Shown here in pieces: positions 15,697 through 23,099 of a stretch of DNA of 32,402 nucleotides (positions within the stretch are counted from its first letter, which is position 1; each line of letters starts with the position of its first letter). A program made the translations under genes and the position numbers. The stretch comes from a virus, in IMG/VR virus record IMGVR_UViG_3300045988_187195, positions 1 through 32,402 of that record; one strand, 5' to 3'. The notes under the pieces were generated by a model, which saw only the letters and a program-made list of their open reading frames with translations, did not search any database and was not told the DNA's origin.

Positions 15697-16575
15697 CTAA
15701 TAGATTTCTGCGTCAACAGCTAAATCATAAGCATTAAAGCTTCCTACTAAGTCGTTAATACCGGATGGGTTGCATAAAAAAGAAATAAATAGCTTTGAAT
15801 TATCATTTGCAATAGCTTCTATACTTTTCATTGCGACAGATTTGTATTCTCTCGTGAATACAACTTTAGTTACGTCCCCCACGATAGTAAAAGGCTTTCT
15901 AAAGTCAATGTTTTCGATATATGTATAAACATGGTTGTCTCTGCATACTCCAATAAGTCTATCCGTTGATAATCTTTTATAGTATCTACGGCACTTCACT
16001 AATTCATCTGCCGGAATTGGTGCAATAAATTCCGTAGCTACTTTGCCTTGCTCCAATTTCACCCATTTAAGAGTTATGCTAGTTCCTTGATTCAAAAAGA
16101 TTGTAATTTTTTTTGTACTCTTATTTGTATGTACAACATTTAATCCTTGCTTCAATACTACTTGCGAGTTGTCATCTGCAATCATAGTTACCGTTCCGCT
16201 TACAGATGTTACATAGCACGATAATGTAGAATCACCTTCCGTCGCATTCTCTAAGTATTGTAGAAATGTTCCGGTATCTGAGTATTTATCGTTCTTGACG
16301 GTGATACCTTCGTTAGCACTTGGCGTAACTGTAGCATTCCAAATCTTCCATCTATCTACTGAATAGCCTTGTTGTTCGTAGCTTGTAGCACCTCTTTGAT
16401 TGATTTTAAAATCCGGATTAATCAATAAATTCGGATTACTGAATTTTGTTCCTAAGTAATTTGATAATTGCGATAATAAGCCTTTTTTCAATCCTGCGCC
16501 ATTATGCACAGGCAATAAACTATTATCTGTAAAACTAGGCAATGCGTCTAGCTCTGTGACTTGTTTTCCTGCCAT
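15697..16575 (-). CDS. Tail fibre / receptor-binding-like protein, 292 aa
   Basis: ATG is preceded by GGAGGAATAGAGA. The N-terminus VTELDALPSFTDNSLLPVHNGAGLKKG is typical of phage fibre proteins. Confidence 0.55.
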   Translation of the reverse strand: MAGKQVTELDALPSFTDNSLLPVHNGAGLKKGLLSQLSNYLGTKFSNPNLLINPDFKINQRGATSYEQQGYSVDRWKIWNATVTPSANEGITVKNDKYSDTGTFLQYLENATEGDSTLSCYVTSVSGTVTMIADDNSQVVLKQGLNVVHTNKSTKKITIFLNQGTSITLKWVKLEQGKVATEFIAPIPADELVKCRRYYKRLSTDRLIGVCRDNHVYTYIENIDFRKPFTIVGDVTKVVFTREYKSVAMKSIEAIANDNSKLFISFLCNPSGINDLVGSFNAYDLAVDAEIY

Positions 16576-16578
16576 TCT

Positions 16579-17391
16579 CTATTCCTCCTTGACTTTATAT
16601 TTCCAATCCGTGCCAACTTTTCCACTTGCTACTTCGTAAGACCAATCTGCTAGAATCTCATGACCATTCTCATCTACTAGTGTTCCATCTTCTGTTAATA
16701 GAATTGTAGTGAAATGGTTCTCCATAATCATCTTTTCAATATTTGAAATTCTGTTCGATAGCTTCCCTGCCGTATTTGCGTCTAACGTATCTTTTACAGT
16801 TTCAAACCAATCATTGAACTCTGTTCTATTTGCATTCATTTCAGATTCATTCTGAGCTTTAATTTCTTTGAATAGCTCAGTAACTTGGGTGAATAAATCC
16901 AACGATTGTACACTCTTAATAGCGCTTGTAACTACTCCACAACGTGTTGAATCTAATCTTGTATCAGTGATATCTGAACCTTTAACTTCGTTCGCATTGC
17001 CTGTCACTGTTACCGTAGCTAATACTAAATCATAAATAGAATCACTTCTTGTGATTCCATCATTGATATCACTTGCTACTAAGGTAATGTTTCTGTATGC
17101 GTCATTATCATTTAACCTAAGAATAATATTGTAGTTTTTAGTTGCAGTATTCTTTTCTAATGTGATGGTTTCGTCATCTTTCTGCCAATAGAATGCTCCA
17201 TTAATGTTTGCTCGTCCTGCCTTAACTGTTAAGGTTAAGCCTTGAGCTTTCTCAACTCTTAAATGGTCTGAACTAGAATCATCTATGAACACGCCATTCG
17301 TAAAATAGCTTGAGAACAATCTTCTGAAAGCGTCATATAATACTAATCTATCTCCATTTCTTGAGACGAATGGAAAATATGTAGTTGCTAT
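16579..17391 (-). CDS. Tail-fibre-like structural protein (XkdV-like N-terminal region), 270 aa; apparent ATA start overlapping the portal stop (ATAG)
   Basis: An in-frame TGA lies three codons (two sense codons, CGA AGA) upstream. ATA 17391..17389 follows GGAGAGGGGGA. The first canonical start is TTG 17319. The N-terminus is (M)ATTYFPFVSRNGDRLVLYDAFRRLFSSYFTNGVF. Confidence 0.6.
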   Translation of the reverse strand: MATTYFPFVSRNGDRLVLYDAFRRLFSSYFTNGVFIDDSSSDHLRVEKAQGLTLTVKAGRANINGAFYWQKDDETITLEKNTATKNYNIILRLNDNDAYRNITLVASDINDGITRSDSIYDLVLATVTVTGNANEVKGSDITDTRLDSTRCGVVTSAIKSVQSLDLFTQVTELFKEIKAQNESEMNANRTEFNDWFETVKDTLDANTAGKLSNRISNIEKMIMENHFTTILLTEDGTLVDENGHEILADWSYEVASGKVGTDWKYKVKEE

Positions 17392-18791
17392 TCTTCGTCA
17401 TCCCCCTCTCCATCATCTTGAATTTCTTCATTCAACAATTCCGTTGCTTCTTCTTCGGTGAAACCGTATTGTTTCATAAAGTACATAATCTTTAATCTTG
17501 GAATATCAAATGTTAATGCGTCATTCCTTAACGCTTGTGCAGTGCTTTGTTTATCCTCGATATATGTATCGTCATAATCAATTGCAATGTCTAATGAATT
17601 GATATTAAGCTTTCTACCTTGTGTTAATTCATAGAAGTATGCTATTGCTTGAATGATATCTTGAATATATGCAGTAGATTCTTTACGTTGTGAGTTTACT
17701 TCCTTCATTGCGTCTTGATTCTCACCGATATATTCTGTTGCCGTTACAATTCTGCCACTTTCAAAAGTGTATTTTTTTGTACCAAATCCAAACATCATTG
17801 ATAAGATACTTAACGCAGTTTCTAATGATTGAACTACTTCTTGCGTTCTTACTGTTGGATTGTATTCCTGCCATAAAGCTTTTTCTTCCGGTAACTTGTC
17901 TCTGCCTAACTGAACAAATATCTTTTTCATTTGTGGATTCATCTTAATCTTTCCATTCTCGTCTTTCTGCATTAATGCTTCATTCACAAGAACGATTTTA
18001 TCCGATTTCAATAAATCTCTATTCCACATTGTCATTGTTAAATCAATTGTTTTCAAAGGAGCAATTGCACTCCAAATCTTCGGAAATCCGTAACCTTGCA
18101 TTTGTAAGTTGTTTACCTTTGCGTTTCTCATAATTGCAAAAGGCTTTACAACATCTAATTGAACAATCTGAGCACGGTCTTTTATTTCTTCGCCTGTATC
18201 TTTGAAGTAATGTGTTTCTGCGATATATCTTTCGTCTTGTCCTTTTAAGAACATGACCATCACATATATTTTTTTTAGTTTCTCATAATTTACTCCAACG
18301 AAAGCTACTTCCACAATTTCATCATTTATAACAGTTAATGGAAGGATATTCATTGAATCACAGTAGTTAATTCTAATGTCTCCCCCACTAAATGAACCAT
18401 CTTCATAAATTTCGGCATTTGCTACTGTAATATAAGCTCCTACTGTACCATTTGCAGACATTTGCTCAACTTGCTTTCTATACATAACATCAAACCTATT
18501 CTTGTTTAGAATGCCTGTAATAATATCATTTGTAGCACTGTCCTCTGTTGCGTTTATATCTAAGACTTCAATTAGATTTGCGTCATCTTCACACAAACGC
18601 TTTGCAAAGTCTGTCTTATCAAGTGTGTATTCCTCATTATTTAGCGTGTAAGCCGTATGAAATTCCGTTTCGGTATTTGTATACCATTTGTTGCACAATT
18701 CAATAATCTCAATTGCGTTTGTGTCTACATAATACCCTCTTTCGTTAAGGTAGTTTTGAAACCACGGTCTACGTGTGTTAGATGTTTCTAT
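17388..18791 (-). CDS. Portal protein (SPP1 gp6-like), 467 aa; apparent ATA start
   Basis: GGAGG (18802..18798) sits 6 nt before ATA 18791..18789. An in-frame TAA lies two codons upstream. The first canonical start is TTG 18698, 31 codons downstream. The acidic C-terminus and position after TerL support the call. Confidence 0.85.
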   Translation of the reverse strand: METSNTRRPWFQNYLNERGYYVDTNAIEIIELCNKWYTNTETEFHTAYTLNNEEYTLDKTDFAKRLCEDDANLIEVLDINATEDSATNDIITGILNKNRFDVMYRKQVEQMSANGTVGAYITVANAEIYEDGSFSGGDIRINYCDSMNILPLTVINDEIVEVAFVGVNYEKLKKIYVMVMFLKGQDERYIAETHYFKDTGEEIKDRAQIVQLDVVKPFAIMRNAKVNNLQMQGYGFPKIWSAIAPLKTIDLTMTMWNRDLLKSDKIVLVNEALMQKDENGKIKMNPQMKKIFVQLGRDKLPEEKALWQEYNPTVRTQEVVQSLETALSILSMMFGFGTKKYTFESGRIVTATEYIGENQDAMKEVNSQRKESTAYIQDIIQAIAYFYELTQGRKLNINSLDIAIDYDDTYIEDKQSTAQALRNDALTFDIPRLKIMYFMKQYGFTEEEATELLNEEIQDDGEGDDEE

Positions 18792-18794
18792 TTC

Positions 18795-20129
18795 TTACCT
18801 CCTTAAATCTATATATCCACTATGTGTGATAAATGTGTAGCAGAACGAATCCCAATCATCATTGATATTGTTTACGTTCTCATCTTTGGGAATATCTTTC
18901 TTTTCATCCCATACTAATTCGCTCAATGCGTTTATTAAATTCTTACAATGTTCTTCTATCTTTAACCTTCCTGTAACAAGTAAGCTATCAACTGTTATAG
19001 GACGGTCTGCAAGCTCATTCTTCTTAACCGGTGCAATTATACTTCCGTCTAATCCTTCTGCGTAGAAATAAGCTCTAAGCGTGTTTATAAGTGTATTAGA
19101 AGCACTATCCGGAAATATCCATTCAATATATCCATAACACTCAACACAACGCTTATAGAATCTTACAAATGCTTTGCAAAACTTTGTTGCGTCTATGGAA
19201 TTAGATTTTTCCATATCTCCCTCATCTAGTGCCCACATATAATCCCAATCGCTCGTGAATCCTGTTAAGTGCCATGAATACTTTGAGCCATTGTCTCCAA
19301 AGTCAACGCCTATGATTAAATGACTGAACCTTTTTCCTTCTTCCTTCATCTTTTCTTTTAGACTCTGATATTTGAATAAATAAGGTTTGCAGTTATTAGC
19401 AAAATAAGGGAATACAAGTCCTTCGGCTTCTTCCCTTTGTCCTTTTATGTCTCTTTTGTAATAAACGCTATTCTTATCGTATGATTTCAAGACCGTTCTT
19501 ATCTGCTCATCACTTAAAGAATAATTGTCAACTAAGGTGGTATGTCCATAGTTATAACCATATGTAGAATCTTTATTCTGTTGCTCCTCATGATATTTCA
19601 AGAATTCCGTATAATACCAATGATTCTTTCCTTTTGGGTTTAAATCATGAAATATCTTTCTATCGCTTGACGCTATCGTTCTATCCATCACTTCTTGCAA
19701 GAACTCTATGCAACAAAGGTTTGCTTCTGTTACATATGCCATTCCATATGAATAACCATGTATCGCATTCTCTGAGCCTTTCTTCGCACCACCGGCAAAG
19801 AATACAACCTTCTCTCCTACCTTTGTATTGATGTAATAACAATCTTTACCTTCATACTTCCCTACTTTGAATCTATTAGCAAAATAGTTTTGCAAACCAT
19901 ATCCATTACAATCTCCAATATTAACACGTGCAGATGATGTATCTGTTCCTGCTATCAAATGGAATTTATCCGGATGTGTTTCTAATGCAATGCAGAAAGC
20001 GTATGTGTTGAGTACGTTCTTTCCTCCACGCTTGCCACCTTCTAATACATTAAGCCATGAATCAAATGTTTTTTTAAGATAAGTTAATTGCTTTTGATTG
20101 AAAGGCGCAGGCTTATTCAAAGTCTTCAA
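18795..20129 (-). CDS. terL: Terminase large subunit, 444 aa (TTG start)
   Basis: It has a Walker-A-like GGKRGGKN and nuclease-domain acidic motifs. It overlaps the 3' end of terS. Confidence 0.85.
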   Translation of the reverse strand: MKTLNKPAPFNQKQLTYLKKTFDSWLNVLEGGKRGGKNVLNTYAFCIALETHPDKFHLIAGTDTSSARVNIGDCNGYGLQNYFANRFKVGKYEGKDCYYINTKVGEKVVFFAGGAKKGSENAIHGYSYGMAYVTEANLCCIEFLQEVMDRTIASSDRKIFHDLNPKGKNHWYYTEFLKYHEEQQNKDSTYGYNYGHTTLVDNYSLSDEQIRTVLKSYDKNSVYYKRDIKGQREEAEGLVFPYFANNCKPYLFKYQSLKEKMKEEGKRFSHLIIGVDFGDNGSKYSWHLTGFTSDWDYMWALDEGDMEKSNSIDATKFCKAFVRFYKRCVECYGYIEWIFPDSASNTLINTLRAYFYAEGLDGSIIAPVKKNELADRPITVDSLLVTGRLKIEEHCKNLINALSELVWDEKKDIPKDENVNNINDDWDSFCYTFITHSGYIDLRR

Positions 20130-20502
20130 TACTTCTTTCTTTTGCTACATCTGTAATCATAGCTTTATTAATTGCATTTACTTCTGAAGCGTCAAAATGT
20201 GTTTCTACCTTATCTGATTGACCTAAGAATTGTTTGCCTAAGAAAATAGCCATAGCAGGACTCTTTGAAGCTAGTTTAAATTGCGCTCTTCGTAACGAAA
20301 TTCTTCCTTGTGCGCCGAACCTTTTTAAACATTCGGAGAAATCAGTTCCATATGTACGTTTACACCATTTTGATAGTGTCTTATCTGTCGTGTTAAAAAA
20401 ATAGCATACTTCTGCTTGCGTGCATTGAATAGCTAACAATTTTTCAAATTCTTCTTTGTCGAAATCCTTGTTAGGTCTTCCAACTTTTCCATTCGCTATT
20501 AT
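20113..20502 (-). CDS. terS: Terminase small subunit, about 129 aa; apparent ATA start (tandem ATA ATA)
   Basis: The in-frame TAG is at 20517..20515. AAAGGGGA precedes ATA 20502..20500 and ATA 20499..20497. The first canonical start, TTG 20439, has no SD. The N-terminus is (M)ANGKVGRPNKDFDKEEFEKLLAIQCTQAEV. Confidence 0.75.
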   Translation of the reverse strand: MIANGKVGRPNKDFDKEEFEKLLAIQCTQAEVCYFFNTTDKTLSKWCKRTYGTDFSECLKRFGAQGRISLRRAQFKLASKSPAMAIFLGKQFLGQSDKVETHFDASEVNAINKAMITDVAKERSIEDFE

Positions 20503-20523
20503 TACATCCCCTTTCTATATTTA

Positions 20524-20787
20524 TCACTCAATATTTTTGGTGTGCAGAGCGTAATTTACATTTATACAAGTATTTGTATTCTTTATGTATTCATCAACGT
20601 ATAATTCATTTTTATCGCCGTTATACGTTACTTCGTAATAGTTATCTGTGCTCATAGCACTAATCAATGCTTTATTGTTTTGAAGTACTTTAACCATCCA
20701 TACAACGAACATTTCACTGATTGCAATATTTGGGTTTACTCGAAATACTGCATTCATTGCTAATTCTTGAAATTCTTTTGAACCCAT
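20524..20787 (-). CDS. Hypothetical phage protein, 87 aa
   Basis: ATG is preceded by AAGGAGGAGAAT. It is the first ORF after the tRNA. Confidence 0.6.
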   Translation of the reverse strand: MGSKEFQELAMNAVFRVNPNIAISEMFVVWMVKVLQNNKALISAMSTDNYYEVTYNGDKNELYVDEYIKNTNTCINVNYALHTKNIE

Positions 20788-20804
20788 ATTCTCCTCCTTA
20801 TTAT

Positions 20805-20829
20805 TAAAAGAGCCGAGACAAACGCTCGG
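20805..20829 (-). terminator. Weak hairpin plus a short T tract between the tRNA and the first late ORF
   Basis: On the minus strand: CCGAG, a 7-nt loop, CTCGG, then CTCTTTTAA. It ends only about 8 nt before the SD of the 20524..20787 ORF. Confidence 0.35.
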
Positions 20830-20910
20830 TAATATAAAAGCCTAATTGTATGCCATTGTTGGTATTTAACATCTAATTTGGGAAGGACTTACTGATAGGC
20901 TTTGTAAACA

Positions 20911-20986
20911 TGGTTGCAGGAGAAGGAATTGCACCATTCGACCTCTAGCTAATAAGACTAGTGAGCTACTACTGCTCTATCCTGCT
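20911..20986 (-). tRNA. Initiator-type tRNA with anticodon UAU (would be auto-annotated as tRNA-Ile-TAT), 76 nt, CCA encoded
   Basis: Minus-strand cloverleaf: AGCAGGA-TA-GAGC-AGTAGTA-GCTC-A-CTAGT-CTTATTA-GCTAG-AGGTC-GAA(T)GG-TGCAATT-CCTTC-TCCTGCA-A-CCA. It shows an A1xA72 mismatch, U8, A14, A11:U24 and A73. The anticodon TAT lies at 20954..20952. Deviations: no G18G19, G55, U37, one bulged T in the T stem, and only one G:C pair in the lower anticodon stem. Confidence 0.75.
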
Positions 20987-20992
20987 AAAACA

Positions 20993-21001
20993 ATTATTAC
21001 A
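20993..21001 (-). promoter_or_regulatory. Extended -10-like element TGTAATAAT placed 6 nt upstream of tRNA position 1
   Basis: The minus strand reads CATGTAATAATTGTTTT followed by AGCAGG. The predicted transcription start would coincide with the mature tRNA 5' end. Confidence 0.3.
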
Positions 21002-21003
21002 TG

Positions 21004-21026
21004 AAAAAATGCTCACGTTGTGAGCA
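21004..21026 (-). terminator. Rho-independent terminator overlapping the end of the late-activator gene
   Basis: On the minus strand: TGCTCAC, loop AAC, GTGAGCA, then TTTTTT. The stop codon TGA lies inside the 3' arm. Confidence 0.65.
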
Positions 21027-21339
21027 CTTTCTTCAAGTTCTTATTTATTTTTCTTGGAATCTCTTCTCGTGCATAACCTACAATATTAGATGTTTTTTCT
21101 GCACTGAATCCCTTTATATATCTATACTCAATCATGGCTCGAGTTGTATCATCAAGTTGGCTTAATTTGTCTTTTACATAATTCATTCTTCTTGCATAAT
21201 CTGCATGAGCCAAGAATAGCTCGGCTTTTAATGGATAAATTGCTTCATCCCTTTGTAGCTCTGCTATCTTTTGCTCATAGTATGTGTAAGATTGACATTC
21301 ACATAAGAAGTGTCTCTTAATATCTTCATACGTGCTCAT
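21013..21339 (-). CDS. Late-gene transcriptional activator (sigma region-4 / ArpU-RinA-like), 108 aa
   Basis: RAMIEYRYIKGFSAEKTSNIVGYAREEIPRKINKNLKK forms an HTH. It lies immediately upstream of the packaging module, and its ATG is coupled by ATGA. Confidence 0.55.
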   Translation of the reverse strand: MSTYEDIKRHFLCECQSYTYYEQKIAELQRDEAIYPLKAELFLAHADYARRMNYVKDKLSQLDDTTRAMIEYRYIKGFSAEKTSNIVGYAREEIPRKINKNLKKVLTT

Positions 21340-21530
21340 GAACTGTATACCTTATACAATCTATTTTCTAATTCGCCAACTTTACTTTTTAATTTCTTAA
21401 TTTCTTGAGCTTGATTATGAATTGTTGCGTTTCTTTCTTTTATAGTTTGATTAAGCTCAATATTCGTCCTTCCTAGTTTATTGTTTTTTGAAATTAACTC
21501 TTTAATCCTTTCTTCATAATTCATTTCTAT
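21336..21530 (-). CDS. Coiled-coil protein, about 64 aa; start ambiguous (ATA 21530, ATG 21524, or GTG 21539 inside the SD)
   Basis: The context reads GGAGGTGGCTTCA-ATA-GAA-ATG. ATA is 8 nt from GGAGG and ATG is 14 nt. Confidence 0.5.
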   Translation of the reverse strand: MEMNYEERIKELISKNNKLGRTNIELNQTIKERNATIHNQAQEIKKLKSKVGELENRLYKVYSS

Positions 21531-21546
21531 TGAAGCCACCTCCGTA

Positions 21547-22134
21547 TTAATTTAATGATTTGATAAAATCACAATACCGCTTTATATAACTCCATTTGTT
21601 TGAATATTTGTAATATTTGCTAGAATGCTCTCCTACACTTATTTGGCTTATCCCTATAACATCTTTACTAGGAATTACCAATACATCTAAAACCTGTTCA
21701 TCATCACTAAGTATGTACAAGATATATATGTCGCAAGTTGGATATGTTTTTTCTAAGTTGAATGTGTAAAAGCTCCCATTCCTACCTCTGTATAAGGTAC
21801 TTGCTTTTACATCAACTTTTACACATTCATTCACTAAAATATCATACGGATGTTTTGTAGACATTTTGATAGCTTCATATCCTTTGTCCTCTATATAATC
21901 CATAAATTTCAATTCATATTTTCTGCCGAAATTTGTTCTACTTGGTTTTGATTCCAAATGTAATTCTTTTGCTAAAGGAAACCATAGATTTCTTTTTGAA
22001 ATTGCATTGCCTAATTTTGAATCTCCATAGTATTCTTCAACTTCTCTTCTTGTAGGCATTCTGTTTAATCCTGTATCAATAATCATTTCTTTGATTTGTG
22101 ATTTTATCTTTTCTTCTGTCCAATGTTCTCTTAT
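21547..22134 (-). CDS. PD-(D/E)XK-type endonuclease-like protein with an N-terminal WTEEK repeat motif, 195 aa; apparent ATA start
   Basis: GGAGG (22145..22141) sits 6 nt before ATA 22134..22132. An in-frame TAA lies two codons upstream. ATG 22086 has no SD. The C-terminus has PYDILVNECVKVDVKAS (D..(D/E)xK). Confidence 0.55.
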   Translation of the reverse strand: MREHWTEEKIKSQIKEMIIDTGLNRMPTRREVEEYYGDSKLGNAISKRNLWFPLAKELHLESKPSRTNFGRKYELKFMDYIEDKGYEAIKMSTKHPYDILVNECVKVDVKASTLYRGRNGSFYTFNLEKTYPTCDIYILYILSDDEQVLDVLVIPSKDVIGISQISVGEHSSKYYKYSNKWSYIKRYCDFIKSLN

Positions 22135-22161
22135 TAGTTACCTCCATTTTTTGACAATTTT

Positions 22162-22188
22162 ATTCTATAGTTCGTCAAGCTATAGAAT
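22162..22188. repeat. 9-bp perfect inverted repeat ATTCTATAG / CTATAGAAT with a 9-nt spacer
   Basis: It lies directly after the ssb stop. No T-run follows on the minus strand, so it may be a regulatory or processing hairpin. Confidence 0.5.
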
Positions 22189-22673
22189 TACTTAAAAGGT
22201 AAATCATCTGAAGCAATATCTAAATCACTTCCATCGTTATATTCTTGTTGTGCGATTTGTTGCGTCAAGCTTGGTTGCACGTATGTGTTCTGCGTGCCGT
22301 AAGCGTTGTTATATGCTTGATTAGGTTGTTGATATGTATTTACATTAGGATTGTAATTCTGCCCATTAGAAGCGCTTTTAGGCGGTAATTGTACGTTACT
22401 AGCTACCACTTCAGTGATATAAATTCTTTGCCCTTGTTGATTATCATAATTTCTAACACTGATTCTTCCTTCAACTGTAACTAAATCACCTTTCTTACAA
22501 TACATATTCACAATGTCTGCTAATTTATTCCATGCTACACAATTAATAAAATCTGTAGTGTCATTGTATCCATTTACTGCTACCGTAAACTTTGCTACGC
22601 TATTTCCGTTCTGCGTTTTTGATAGTTCAACATCTTTAGTTAGATGTCCTGCAATTACTGCTACATTAATCAT
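22188..22673 (-). CDS. ssb: Single-stranded DNA-binding protein
   Basis: It has an OB-fold N-terminus (MINVAVIAGHLTKDVELSKTQNGNSVAKFTVAVN), a Q/N/Y-rich linker, and an acidic DDLPF tail. Confidence 0.9.
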   Translation of the reverse strand: MINVAVIAGHLTKDVELSKTQNGNSVAKFTVAVNGYNDTTDFINCVAWNKLADIVNMYCKKGDLVTVEGRISVRNYDNQQGQRIYITEVVASNVQLPPKSASNGQNYNPNVNTYQQPNQAYNNAYGTQNTYVQPSLTQQIAQQEYNDGSDLDIASDDLPFK

Positions 22674-22881
22674 TTTCTTTCTCCTTTATTAAACATATAT
22701 TAAATTCTCTACATGAATTTGTTTCAATTGAATAAACTTCTCTTTCAAGTAATTTATCACTAAGATATCCTACGTTTTTGCTTGGGTTTATATATACTAT
22801 AAATTGACTTGTTAGAAAGCTTTTATCGTACAAATTAACTCGATTTGCCGATATTGTCGGAAGTAATTCTTTTAATTTCAT
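22666..22881 (-). CDS. Hypothetical protein, 71 aa
   Basis: ATG 22881 is coupled by TAATG. The track GTG 22890 is an alternative start. Confidence 0.5.
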   Translation of the reverse strand: MKLKELLPTISANRVNLYDKSFLTSQFIVYINPSKNVGYLSDKLLEREVYSIETNSCREFNICLIKEKEND

Positions 22882-23099
22882 TAAATCCACCCCAATTCCT
22901 TACACTGTTGATTAATTGCTAGTAATAAATCATTCTCGATTACAACTTCCATATTAGTTTCTATTTCAATTTCGTTTTCTGATAAATCAAATATGATTTC
23001 AAAATATCCACTTCCAAAATCTTGCGAATAAGTTATTTTCCCATTTTCTACATTCTTCTTATATCCGAGTTCTTAAAATGTTTCTATTGTGCTCATCAT
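22881..23099 (-). pseudogene. Paralogue of the 23096..23326 gene, interrupted by an in-frame TAA at codon 9
   Basis: MMSTIETF-TAA-ELGYKKNVENGK...LAINQQCKELGWI aligns with MTAREMFKKLGYKK...KAINKQCEELNWL. The TAA at 23075..23073 aligns with a Lys (AAA) codon in the paralogue. Confidence 0.55.

Noticed and set aside
20838-20905. A possible second tRNA or tRNA-like RNA just downstream of the UAU tRNA. An 8-bp inverted repeat AAAGCCTA/TAGGCTTT encloses about 50 nt.
   Set aside because: I could not build D, anticodon or T arms. The interior has only 3-4 bp helices and no T-loop-like motif, and it is about 5 nt too short for a cloverleaf. It may still be a processing hairpin, so it is worth including in an Infernal scan.
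20911-20986. Alternative readings of the tRNA: an ordinary elongator tRNA-Ile(UAU) that supplements AUA decoding in an AT-rich phage, or an attP/tRNA remnant.
   Set aside because: Not fully excluded. However, the 1x72 mismatch, A11:U24, the initiator-like D arm, variable loop and 3' end, and the co-occurring ATA starts favour an initiator derivative. It is a full-length tRNA with CCA located mid-genome, far from the integrase, so an att remnant is unlikely.
22151-22188. A promoter built from TTGACA/TTGACG boxes around the 9-bp inverted repeat after ssb.
   Set aside because: No -10 hexamer lies at a workable spacing on either strand. I kept it only as an inverted repeat of unknown role.
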